From the NCBI RefSeq assembly GCF_964355755.1, contig NC_092673.1:496001-560000 (forward strand): 64,000 nucleotides of DNA, in the 5' to 3' direction. The notes beneath the pieces were generated by a model. The model ran no database searches and was not told the origin of the DNA. It saw only the letters and a list, made by a program, of their open reading frames with translations. Shown here piece after piece: positions 37,001 through 48,356 of this stretch. This DNA is from Antedon mediterranea (taxonomy: Eukaryota; Animalia; Echinodermata). The first letter of the stretch is position 1; the number at the start of each line of letters is the position of its first letter. Both the position numbers and the translations under genes were made by a program.

Positions 37001-40000
37001 CAGACTTTTCCAAGTTACAATGTTTCTCAGCCTAGAAGACAATGAATAACCAATTGGTAAATGTGTAACGATTCTAATTAATATGACAGAAGTGCTTGTA
37101 GCATTGTCTTAGATGTATTATAAAACTAGAGAGTCAACTATGAGAAACTTTATCCAAATTTAGAGAATCGCCAGTATCGCATCGACAATGGCTACACAAG
37201 TTGCAATTCGAATCAAATGCCATTATTTATTGATACTCAACATGTGGGTATTATTAGCATTATTTATATAACACAAACCTGTTTCATAGCTTCCTCACCA
37301 ATCCAGTCTGAATTTTTACGAATGCTTTCCAAAAAATCTTTGAGGTCAATCATCGAAGCCTCTTTAATATTGTTACGTAATTTTGGGATATTCTCGGCCA
37401 TGTCTTCTGCAAACCTGTAGCGTTGCACTCTGGGAAGGTACGTGTGCTCGAGTTGTTCAAGAGTTTTTAATGCTGGGTAATACCTGAGAAATTGATAAGA
37501 AATATGGCAAATTATAAATTGCTTTAAAAAATAATATATAACAAAATCAATGGTTTGGAGGGAACGAAATGCCAGGTCAGGTTAAGAAGAATTAATTTAA
37601 AATGTTACTGTAATAATCAGATTACCTATTCAATTTTTACAGGAGATACAATGACACGTAAACAATCAATTTGAGCGAAAATCTCTTTTACGACAGGACA
37701 TTACAAAGCTAATTTATTCAATTTTAATAGCAATTGTTACCATAGAGATGCAGGATATGACGACAATAAAAAGAATGTCAGTAAACCCACCGTTTATTGC
37801 TAACCTGCTCGTTCAGTTTGTTGTACATCTCTAAAACTGAAAGAAACAAAATTAATAAAAATTTAACTAGAAACTCCTTTCTATTTAGTAGTCTCTTGAC
37901 AAGTCAAATATTGTCACAAAAAATGAAAGTGAATGACCAGAAATACTAAGAAACTTCAATACAGTGAATAACTATAAGAAACTTCACTTATATTTCACTA
38001 AAACATATTATTTACTTCAATATATTGAATTTTCGTCTACTGCAGATTTAATGAGCATTTGTTGAAATATCATTGTTGAAATAAACAGGGAAAGCATTTT
38101 GATTTACTATTTATCACAAAATCAATTTTACGATTGTACATTCTAAAAAAAGACTCATTTGTAAGCCTAAGTTATCCACTGGTAATCTTAGACTGACAGG
38201 AATTGGCCAAGAGAAACCTTTTAAACATATAATTACTATAATTTAGACATTTTAAAATGACCATTTTGCAGTAGTAGCATGATAATATTTTATACTATTT
38301 TCACTGTACTATAAAATCTATTGATAAACAGTCTGCAATAAAAAATATGGTGCATATCTGAATATGTAAATGGGTTATTTTTACATAAATTAGTATTAAT
38401 ACTGTTAGGAGTTGGATAGCCGAGGGGTTAGGACATTTGACTGTCATACAGATAGACTCGGGTTCAATTCCCGACAACTCCCAGTCCACTCAGCTGTACC
38501 TGGTTAGGAGTTGGATAACCGAGTGGATAGGACATTTGACTGTCATACAGATAGACTCGGGTTCAATTCCCGACAACTCCCAGTCCACTCAGCTGTAAAT
38601 GAGTACCTGGTTGAAAATACTAGGGAGAAAAAAGGCGGCGTGGAAAGGAACTGGCCACCCTCCCAGATAATACCGAGAGTTATTACAATGAGCTCCTAAA
38701 AGCTCATTACCCTACGTTCAGAGAACACGGGACTCACCTCACCTTACTGTCAAATATAAATATTTTTGTGGTATTATTTATACATTTGAAAGAGTGGTTT
38801 TGTATACTGTAAAAAGGGTTTTAAACTTGTTTTTACAAGACAGTCAAAATCTGTGTTCAAAACTGTATTGATTATAATAGAAAACAGTAAATAAATGCCT
38901 TATTAATTATTACAGTGACATATTACTATGTACATTTTTTTAATTTAGACTAAATTTGGAGAATATTTTATTCAGTTTGTAAATGGAAGATCACAAAATG
39001 AAACAATTTGTATTCAGATTTCTGAAAATTTGATTCTCACAGAAACTGAATGCATGCTATTATTGAACAGTTAACTTTGACATTGTGTGTCATTTTAAGA
39101 AGCATAATTTTTTATTCAGATTTCGCAGAATTGATTCTCACTGAACTAGCTATAGTTGTTAACTTTGACATTGTGGCTCAGTCATTGTTAAGACTGCACA
39201 TATTGAGGATCACAAAATTCACAGAATTGATTCTCACTGAAACTGAACATGCAATAGTTGTTAACTTTGACATTGTGGCTCAGTCATTTTAAGAAGCATT
39301 CATACATTATTCACGATATCAATATCAGCACCCTTGTAACAATATTGTATAACAGTCTATAAATACACTCTGTACACAATAGCAGTCTCATCAATATGAC
39401 ACTTAATACCAGTTGAAATATGATGGTTGTTTGATGAATGCTGGCTAGCAATCAGCATTTTATATTAATATACAGTATGAAATTAAACAAGAGTCAACTA
39501 TATAATAATAGTGGTTGTGTACAGTATGAATATATAGTATTGTTACTACTGAATAAGTTCATGATTAAAATGAATAATTCTTATGAAAATTAATTATTTA
39601 AGTTCAGTGGCAAACATAACAGTAAATAAATGGGACTGAACCAAAAGGACATAAGTTCACAAAGAAAAAACATATTTTTTTACCAAAATTAAAATGGAAT
39701 TAGACATTAATTTTCTACGTATAATGATATCTATATTTAAACAATTAAACAAGAATAACAATTAATATATATCAGTCTCACTTTCAATTCAGTACCAAAG
39801 TGATTAATTAATAATAATAGTTTATTTCATCATTGATTGTCTATTACTACTGTCATTCCCATTAAAACATGTGTATGTATGTGTAGTGTATCTACAGTAT
39901 CTAACATAACATAAAATGAAACACAGATATGGAATTTAGTTATTATTAATTTTAATTAAACTATTTAAAAAGAAAAAAACTAAGTTTTACTCCAGCAAAA

Positions 40001-43000
40001 TAAATAATTTAATAATATACTGCATAAATAACACAATAAAACTAATGTATTCATGTATAAATATTACTTGTGTACTTGATAAGTGATGTGATGTTTCTAT
40101 TGTATTCATGTATATATATTACTTGTGTACTTGATAAGTGATGTGATGTTTCTTAAAATGATCCTACAACTAAAGGATAACTAAATTTTAAAAAAGGATT
40201 ACACCAATTAATTATTTTCCAATTATAATTGGTTGAAATGAAACAAATGAATTTGTCGTCATACTGTACAAACAGATTAAACAAATGGTGGTGTGCAAAG
40301 TTCAACAGCATAGCAACTTCCTCTGACAACTCCCATGTCAAACACACTTCATATGTTGTATTCTCAAACAAGAAAGTTGAATGATGTAGATGGGTGGAAT
40401 AATTTGGTAAATTTGCAAATAATCAATTCAATTCATATTTATAATGCGCAGAATTTTTTCCAAAAAGATCAGTTCTAAGGCGCAACGCCAGAACCGCTAG
40501 CACTCATAAATTGGTTGGAATAAATATGGTTTCAATAATCCTTGTATGGTCAGTGAATCCTAAGCGACTCAGTCATCAACTTTTCAACTGAGATACACAA
40601 CATCCACACCCATACAACATATGACTTTACTGTATCAAAAAACTATTCAACAAAACATTACAATTAATATCTTACCTGGTAAACACACCTGTAGCCTCTC
40701 CATTGAGGCAACAATGTTTTTCTGCGTTTGTCTCAACAATTCCAATTCATCTGCTTTCTCTATTAATACTTTGCCTGATTGTTGTAAAGCTTTATTTGTG
40801 TCCAGCACTTCTTTCTATGAGATAAGAAGCAAAATAAACTTGAAGATAGTTAACAGACAAATGAGAGAATATTTTACTATTACTGTACACTGCTACTACT
40901 GTATGTGCTATATTGCATAACAAATGTTCAGAATGTGTAAATCATAGCATTTAAAAGACCTGAACAGACTGCCATCATATTAATTAAAATTGATTATAAA
41001 ATAAAACAAAAGTGATGCTACATACTGTAACAGTATTTAATGTTGCAATACTATATTCTATTAATAAATAGAACTACTGTACATAAATATTTAACATCTA
41101 CTCACTCTTTCCTTCTTGATCTGTAATTCTTTTTTTGCTTTGCATATTAATTTAATGTATTTTGTATAATTAATAATTATTTACTTTAGCAGTTCCTGAC
41201 CAATTCATCTCTGTATATTTATATTATGGTTTGTTGCTCAAATAAAAAATAAATGGAATGAACTACACTGTTCTTTTAGTTAGACAATTCTTTAAAAACT
41301 CTTTTAAATTGACAAAAACAAAACGATCAAAATGTTCCTTTTAAGGAAATGTTAATAATTACAATTTCCTATTGTGCCTCATTTAATTTCCTCACTCAAA
41401 AATATTGACATGTCTCCCAAATGGTTGCAAACAATCTATTTTATCACAAAATTCTCAAAATAAATAGTTTTTAATTATTCATGTATTGTAGCTTTGTGTT
41501 AAATACACTTTTAAAATTATTAACCAATTCAATTAATAACAATATATTGTTTTTACTACTGTGACATATAATTTATGTTCGTGACATTAATGTGAGCTTC
41601 TCCTAATGTAGGCATTTAACTGTTAATCACTTCAACACATGATATATCAATGTGCCATTTTGGAAATGTGCCATTATTCACAGGTTATGTATGTTCCTAA
41701 GAACATGACATTGACATTTACATTAGTCTCTCACATCAAGTGGAAAAAAAAACATTGAGTACTGTAATATGTTAATTTATTATTTTAAATTCTAAAATAA
41801 AAATGAATGGGTTAATGAGTGATTTAAAGATTGAGCAGATAATAAATGGTGGATAATTGGATGAATGAGTGGCTATAACAAGATAGAGTAGTGGGTTCCC
41901 GATGGTGAACTTGTGGACCATACAGTACTGTAGATCACTAAATTATTACAACTAATTATTTAGTCATTAGAGCATTTTGCACACACAACTACAGTACATT
42001 CTATATGACAGAAACTATAGTATTATCATTGTAATGAGAAAAACCCTTTGTAATGTTCATAACTATAGCCTACTGTATGATGTAGTAGGTTTTTATAATT
42101 TGAATTTATAAGATGCAATAAAAATGTATGTACACTGTATGTACAGAAACACACAAAAATACATTTTACATTTAAATACAGTGACTTACCATCTAATACT
42201 TCAACTGAAGTATAGTTAAGCGTGGTTCCCACTAGCGACGCAACGCAAGGACGTAACGCAACGCAAGTGAATTGACCAATCACAAGCGATGGCTTATTCG
42301 CTTGTGATTGCTAACTGTCTATAACTTCGCTTGTCATTGGTTAAAACGCTTGCGTTGCGTTTACGTCCTTGCGTTACGTTCTAGTGGGAACCAAGCTTTA
42401 GTAAGTACAGCAGTAAAGTACTAAATTGATTTAGAGACTGGTGTACAGTAAGAAACTTTTTTCTAATTACCTTAAGTCTCTCTGCATGTATTCTGACACT
42501 AAGCAACTCTCCTATACTATCCACAAAACCTTGGTAATGAAAATTACACATGCGTTCAATATCGCGGTCGTGTTCCGAGATTCTTGTTTCCAGATGTTCC
42601 ATAAAACCATGTTGATTGGCACCATCTTGAATAACTCTGTGAAAGGAATGAAAATTATTATTAAATAAAATGTGCACCAGTTGATAAATAGTAATGGATA
42701 AAAACATTAACTTTAAAGAGCATTGGTTAAAAACAGAAAGAACTAGAATTCATATACACTATTACCATTTTGTAAACATACTTTTAGATTCAATTCAATT
42801 CCATTCAATTCAATTAAAACTTTATTATCCCCATGGGGAAACTCTGTTGGCCTTTTCAAAAGTACAGTACATACAAATATAAAATGGATACAGTACATAA
42901 AATATAAAATACGATAAAAAAAGCCATACAAAATATACATATAAAATCCTAAAAAGTCGATTTAAAATACTACAAAAAATAAAACTAGCGCATAAAATAC

Positions 43001-45472
43001 GATTATACGATTACATAATGAATGATATTATCATTCATTATATAATCGTATAGCGGCAGGGATAAAGATCTCTTTATTTGATCTATTTATATTATCTTAA
43101 TTTGCTATTAATTATAAGCTAAAGATGACTTCAAAGTCAAGGAAGTCCTTTTAACACAGGATTGAGTGATGTTTATGATGCTGTACAGTACCTTATTAAA
43201 ACTAGGACAATACAGTAACAATATTTGCATTACAAAAGACATTATGAACAATTCAGTCATAAACATAAACAAATCTAAATTGCAAATTTACAAATTACTG
43301 TATGGGTGAATTCATTATCAAAACTTTCCCATATTAATTTCTAGCTCATTGAACAAAGAAACTGTTTTGTTGTTATACTCAACTGATCGATGCATTTCAA
43401 TAAGGTGTAGTAGGCTTACTATATGTACAGTACAATTAGTAGAATTTAAAAAGTAGAAAGATGACAACAATTTAAAGAATAATAAGATTAACAAAGTAAT
43501 AATAATTAGGGGGAGAAAATATCAAATCACAAGATGGTCAATATCAAATCACAAGATGGTCAAACTAATTTTTCTGCATAAATAGGGAACATTATTGAGT
43601 ACGGTAGGTTATAGGCGGCAAACGTTCTGTTCAAATACTTATTAAATATTTAATTCTGAATATGGATGCACGAAAGAACTATCTTTGCTGGTACTGTACT
43701 TTACTGTATACTGACATGTCATCAATAAAACAATGATACTAAAATATTATTAATCCTTTGAAGTTAATGGAAAATGATGCTCGGTGAGAGAAGACAACCA
43801 ATATGATATAATTACTGTATGACAATAATAATTTACAGTATTAATGTTATCATGCATTTGACAATGATAGGTTAGAGGACTTAGATAAATACGAAATACA
43901 TAATTTTTGTAATTTTAATAGCTTGAAAATTGTTTAAAAACATAAATGAATATTAATGTAATATGTGGCAAATGCCATTGTAAAATTACACTGAACACTG
44001 TACGCTCACCTAAATATTTGTCCAAGACAGCTTGTATCAGACTCCTCAATTATATGTACAAAATGTTCGTAGTCAGTCGAGCCACCTGGCTCAACACTGC
44101 ACATTGTGTTCAAATCTTTAGGCCTAATGACATTCATGCCAGCCTAGTGTGTATCATCACATCACTAGCATACATGAACCTTTTAGCAAATCAAACATGT
44201 ACACCACCAGAGAACGCTTTAAAATCTATTTTCTCTTCTGATTGAATGTACTGTATTCCTACAGCTAAAGCAGACTTTATGTATGTTTACCACTAACTGT
44301 GTGTAATATCAGAATTGAAGATCAAATAACTATATGCATGACTCACCACATCATGAATATTCATTAAATAAAGGTTAGTGCGATTCTCCTGCTGTTAAAA
44401 ACTCAGGAGGAAGTTCGAGGGAAGTATCACTATAGAAACTGGCTATTAATACAAATCACATTATTTAATCACAGCTCAATAGTAGTTTGAAAATCTAACT
44501 GTAAACCAAATTTGAACTCATTAAGGTTATATTTTATTATTTGCTAGTTTGTTGGTAGAAACCAACAAACTTTTTTCTATTAAAAATTGATAATTGTTCT
44601 TAGGGTGCCTTCCAAATTTTCATCAAATCTCCCAAACTCCTGAATTTCCCAAAATGTTGGTTTAAGATAAAAAAATTTTTCAAACCCACGTTTACTGTGT
44701 AAGTAAGGTTATTTCTGTTAGTATCTGACCTGTAAAACATTGAATTGTTGATTTACAATGAATTAAAAATGCGTAAAATCAGTTAAGTCATCCATTACAA
44801 AAGTGTCATATCATAGAAACACGTCAAATTCCTTAAAAACGATTAAATGTAAACCTCCCGAAATTGTTACCATGTGGGGGTTGAACGCCTGAATTTAGTA
44901 TTTATTTTTCTACCAGAAACAACGTAAAATGCATTTTTGACGATACACATCACAGTTTAATCAACACAAAATAATCAATGTGAAATGTTTTTAGCAATGC
45001 TTAGTAGGCCGCCTACTACAGTAGTACTACAGGCCTATCTAGAAATGCATTTGTTTCATGTGGAGTAGCCTAGATTTTGAGTTTAAATATATGATAAGTT
45101 CATTAGGTGTTTGAGGATGCTGTGCTGTGGCCTGTTGAGAGTGAAAAAGTGTGAGGAAAATACAAGTTCTAAGACTAAGAGAGAGGGGGTACTACACATT
45201 TTACAACCAACGTTTACGGGTTTTTATTAGCCAACAAGGTGGTAGCCCTTTTCGTCAGAGGGCGTGAATCATCATTTTGAGTTCATCAGCTTAATTTGAC
45301 AATCCCATATCTTGGTCTACTATTATATATTTTACCTTAAAGTCGGTGCGATTGGTTCTTCCGATGCTTCTATTTCTGTAACTAAATTTATGTTATGTGT
45401 TTTATACGAATCGGCCTGTATCATAGTCGCAAACGAAACGGCCTGCGCCGCTTTCCGGAACCGTTCCGCCAT
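31099..45472 (-). CDS. EXOC6: Exocyst complex component 6 (Sec15), 18 exons, 800 aa
   Basis: Exons in transcription order: 45336..45472, 42471..42636, 40676..40814, 37791..37836, 37279..37483, 36924..37031, 36506..36658, 36235..36281, 35961..36081, 35600..35671, 35029..35126, 34789..34894, 34216..34437, 33774..33853, 33310..33544, 32861..33002, 31480..31666, 31099..31237. All GT-AG, phases match, 2403 nt. Diagnostic Sec15 peptides: HDRDIERMCNFHYQGFVDSI, DLKDFLESIRK, VDFAPVYRCLHIY, FFVVEDHIL, DDMIRKSTNILLTRTLSGCL, ELRQLLDLFMAWDWSSYLADHG. Confidence 0.97.
31924..32700. repeat. 20-bp minisatellite, ~39 copies (EXOC6 intron 16)
   Basis: Unit ATTGTCTATTT(A/G)TGTAACAC. Confidence 0.98.
32714..32841. 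mobile_element. MITE family A copy in EXOC6 intron 16
   Basis: Family core and right TIR; left TIR degenerate; lies 19 bp from the end of exon 16. Confidence 0.8.
34027..34182. mobile_element. Short degenerate TIR element (EXOC6 intron 13)
   Basis: CAAGCATGTAAACCAGG ... CCTAGCTGCAGGCTTG imperfect TIRs. Confidence 0.45.
35343..35635. repeat. 38-bp minisatellite, ~7.7 copies, spanning the EXOC6 exon 10 / intron 10 boundary
   Basis: Unit TTGTCCAAATATGACAATTGTATTCTTACCCGTAACGT at 35343, 35381, 35419, 35457, 35495, 35533, 35571 and 35609 (partial). Confidence 0.97.
38404..38747 (+). mobile_element. tRNA-derived SINE with a tandemly duplicated head
   Basis: Two 99-bp head units with A box (TAGCCGAG..GT) and B box (GGTTCAATTCC), core CCACTCAGCTGTAAATGAGTACCTG (Nin-domain-like, from memory), and a (CACCT)n-type tail. 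Confidence 0.8.
39010..39300. repeat. Degenerate local duplications
   Basis: TTGATTCTCAC...GTTAACTTTGACATTGTG...GTCATT recurs three times. Confidence 0.75.
40046..40153. repeat. 55-bp tandem duplication
   Basis: TGTATTCATGTATA.ATATTACTTGTGTACTTGATAAGTGATGTGATGTTTCT x2. Confidence 0.9.
42219..42397. mobile_element. MITE family B (PIF/Harbinger-type, TTA target duplication) in EXOC6 intron 2
   Basis: TIRs AGCGTGGTTCCCACTAG ... CTAGTGGGAACCAAGCT, a long imperfect palindrome, exact TTA on both sides. Confidence 0.9.
42788..43080 (-). mobile_element. 3' fragment of a non-LTR retrotransposon
   Basis: Minus strand ends AATAAAGTTT followed by a (TTGAA)n tail. The upstream TCTTTATCCCTGCCGCT reads FIPAA, like the end of L2/Rex1-type ORF2 (from memory). 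Confidence 0.45.
43004..43052. repeat. Near-perfect palindrome, 24-bp arms with 1-nt spacer
   Basis: TATACGATTACATAATGAATGATA-T-TATCATTCATTATATAATCGTATA, one mismatch. Confidence 0.9.
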
Positions 45473-45479
45473 AATGTTT

Positions 45480-45700
45480 TTGTGAAGCACACCCTCAACG
45501 ACCTACTAAGTTACTAAAATATGGTTGTTTCGATTATTAACTCCACACACAGCGATACACACATGTATACAAACAAAATGTATGTAAATGTATGTATACA
45601 AATGTATGTATACAAAATATATATAGGTATAATAATTCAGAGCGTCATTTCGACGATCGAGCATTCTCTACTTCTATGGAGCGCCATTTATGCCTTTATT
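45480..45700 (-). promoter_or_regulatory. Candidate EXOC6 promoter
   Basis: CpG-containing segment just upstream of the ATG at 45472, with a minus-strand YY1-like AAATGGCG at 45682-45689. Confidence 0.35.
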
Positions 45701-45739
45701 TACTTCCGAAATAGAAATAGTACTACGGTAACTGGTTCA

Positions 45740-46670
45740 GTGGACCAAATTTAGCACCAGTGAAATAAGTCACTAATTTTAGTATCTTTTCGTATGTTAA
45801 TACACTGTGCTCAAGTGGACCCAATTTGGCGCCAGTGGAGCACAGTGATATAAAATAGAAATAAGTCACTGAATTTTAATATCATTTCGTATGTTAATAC
45901 ACTGTGCTCAAGTGGACCCAATTTGGAGCCAGTGGAGCACAGTGATATAAAATAGAAACAAGTCATTTAATGTTAATATCTTTTCGTATGCTAATACACT
46001 GTTTGTGGACCCAATTTGGAGCCAGGGGAGCATAGTGATGATATAAAATAGAAATTAAGTCACTGAATTTTAATATCTTTTCATATGTCAATACACACTG
46101 TGCTCAAGTGGACCCAATTTGGAGCCAGTGGAGCACAGTGATATAAAATAGAAATAAGTCACTAATTTTAATATCGTTTCGTATGTTATTACATTGTGCT
46201 CATGTGGACCCAATTTGTTGCCAGGGGAGCATAGTGATATAAAATAGAAATAAGTCACTGAATGTTAATATCTTTTCGTATTTTAATACACTGTGCTCAA
46301 GTGGACCCAATTTGGTACCAGGGAAGCACATTGGTATAAAATAGAAATAAGTCACTGAATGTTAATATCTTTTTGTATTTTAATACACTGTGCTCAAGTG
46401 GACCCAATTTGGCGTCAGTGGAGCACAGTGATATAAAATAGAAATAAGTCACTGAATTGTAATATCTTTTCGTATTTTAATACAATGTACTCAGGTGTAC
46501 CCAATTGGGCACCAGGCGAGCACAGTGATATAAAATAGAAATAATTCACGGAATTTAAATATCTTTTCGTATGTTAATACACTGTGCTCAAGTGGACCCA
46601 ACTTGGAGCCAGTGGAGCACAGTGATATAAAATAGAAATAAGTCACTGAATTTTAATATCTTTTTGTATT
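45740..46670. repeat. ~97-bp tandem array, ~10 units, between the EXOC6 and KANSL3 5' ends
   Basis: GTGGACCCAATTTGG-type starts at 45740, 45815, 45912, 46005, 46108, 46204, 46301, 46398, 46495 and 46592; most units carry the inverted repeat CACTGTGCTC...GAGCACAGTG. Confidence 0.96.
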
Positions 46671-47779
46671 AAGCATATGTGAATATATGGTACCATACAT
46701 GTTCGACAATACAGTGTCACATATCTCTATTAAAAAAAAAACAATATTGTGTTGTAGGCCTACTAATATGTTGTGTGAATAAAAGTTTATGGCAGAATAA
46801 ATAAATAAATAAATATGTTTTAAGCAGATATTCGAAATTGAAGCATATTATGAAGTCGAGTTTTTTTAAAACCCAACCTAAACTTCGCATCAGGATAGTT
46901 GAAATTTAACATTATAATTATCAAAGGTGATATGATAAATCTAATTGTTTTGTAAATTATAGAAATATTAAAATTAGTAAGTAGGCTTTTGTGTGCTAGC
47001 TCTGTTTGTATTTCATAATTTTGTTTTGTTGAATTACCGTCACGGTTGCGTGCATTGCATGTCTCACACTTGGGAAACAATCACCATTGTATGGCTGGTC
47101 CTGAAAACTTTTATATTTCGTTTCATAATTTCCGGGGACTCAGCTTTCATTCTTAGCTCTGCCCCAACCATGGTGAGCTTAACTGGAGACTTAATATTTA
47201 ATTTCATATTTCAATAAATAGTTTATTAATTTCTTTATACATTTGATATAGTTGTAATATGTTGATCGCTTTCCTTTTATTTTCTAATGCCATTAAATTC
47301 AGTGTGTATTGTTTAAAATGAATTTTCTTTTATCTCTGGTATAATTTAGATGCTGTACTCCGTCTAGTAGGATGATTATATAGGCCTAATATGGACATGA
47401 TTGTTGACGGATAGACGGATGGATCATCACGCATGCTCATATTTTTTGGTTATATAGAAACGAATTTTAGAAGTTTTAAACTGTTTTTATTTATCATCAA
47501 AACACCGAAAAACAAACAAAATACATGCTAAAAGGTAAACAAAATGAAAGGGAAAAACAAAAACTCAGAACTTGTCTTAGTCATGCTGTGTCTACTAAAT
47601 AAAAAATACGGAGATCCAAAAAATACGATGGAAATAATATTCCGAGAGAATTCAAAACAAAATTTCAAATGAACGAAATGATTTTGAGTGAAAGAAATAT
47701 GATTTCGTGAGAATTCGAAGTTTTTTCAACAAAAAATTAATGTAAGACGAGCTTAACATAAATTTTAAAGATTTTGGTT

Positions 47780-47886
47780 TAGATACACGTGGTGGCGCAA
47801 TGTTGAGTAGATAGAGGGTGCTCTTACATTTTGGATTGTTGGTGTTTTCGTGCATTCGGGGCCCGGAGAGAGGTACGAAGGTAAGT
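47780..47886 (+). promoter_or_regulatory. Probable KANSL3 non-coding first exon and promoter-proximal region
   Basis: CpG-rich patch with a CACGTG E-box (~47786) and a consensus donor AAG|GTAAGT at 47880/47881. A matching acceptor (ttcgtttcag) ends at 48312, upstream of the ATG at 48357. The TSS is not determinable. Confidence 0.6.
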
Positions 47887-48356
47887 ATATCGGCGGTGGG
47901 CCTAGGCCTAGCCACTTTTCTTTTTCTATATAAAGTCACAATATTATTCTATTTTTGTCGATTGTCAAATAAAAATAAACCAAAGGTCTGAGTAAGAAAG
48001 AAATAATCCCCTTTGTTGTTCAGTTTGTCATATTTCATTAATTATTTGTTGGGCCCCGGCCGCGACCGACGATGATCGATCGAGTGTGCCGGGCGTGTAG
48101 ACCGTCCGTGTGTGGTGTGACTTTGCTGCATTTGGCCTACCCTACACACTAACCTATACCTATGTAGTTTAGGTAATAAGAGTGACTGTAACATTACACT
48201 ACTTCCTACTAGCCTAGGCATAATATGCCTGTTTTTTAGTAGTATTTAGAAATGATGAAAATGCTAAATTAAATATGTTAATATTATTTATATAGGCCTA
48301 TCTTCGTTTCAGTCAGAAATCCAGTAGTATAGTGCATTAGTGTGGACTCGTCCAAT

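Noticed and set aside
38408-38581. Pair of tRNA-Asp genes
   Set aside because: Imperfect D and anticodon stems, no oligo-T terminator, and the sequence runs directly into a SINE core and tail. The heads at 26233, 50341 and 53722 were rejected as tRNA genes for similar reasons.
45740-46670. CRISPR-like appearance (palindromic repeat at regular spacing)
   Set aside because: The intervening sequences are near-identical rather than unique spacers, there are no cas genes, and the DNA is eukaryotic. The same applies to the 36-, 38- and 46-bp arrays.
46820-47180. Minus-strand ORF with CxxC (PKCETCNAR), possible transposase relic
   Set aside because: No further motif, no ATG start and no recognisable homology.
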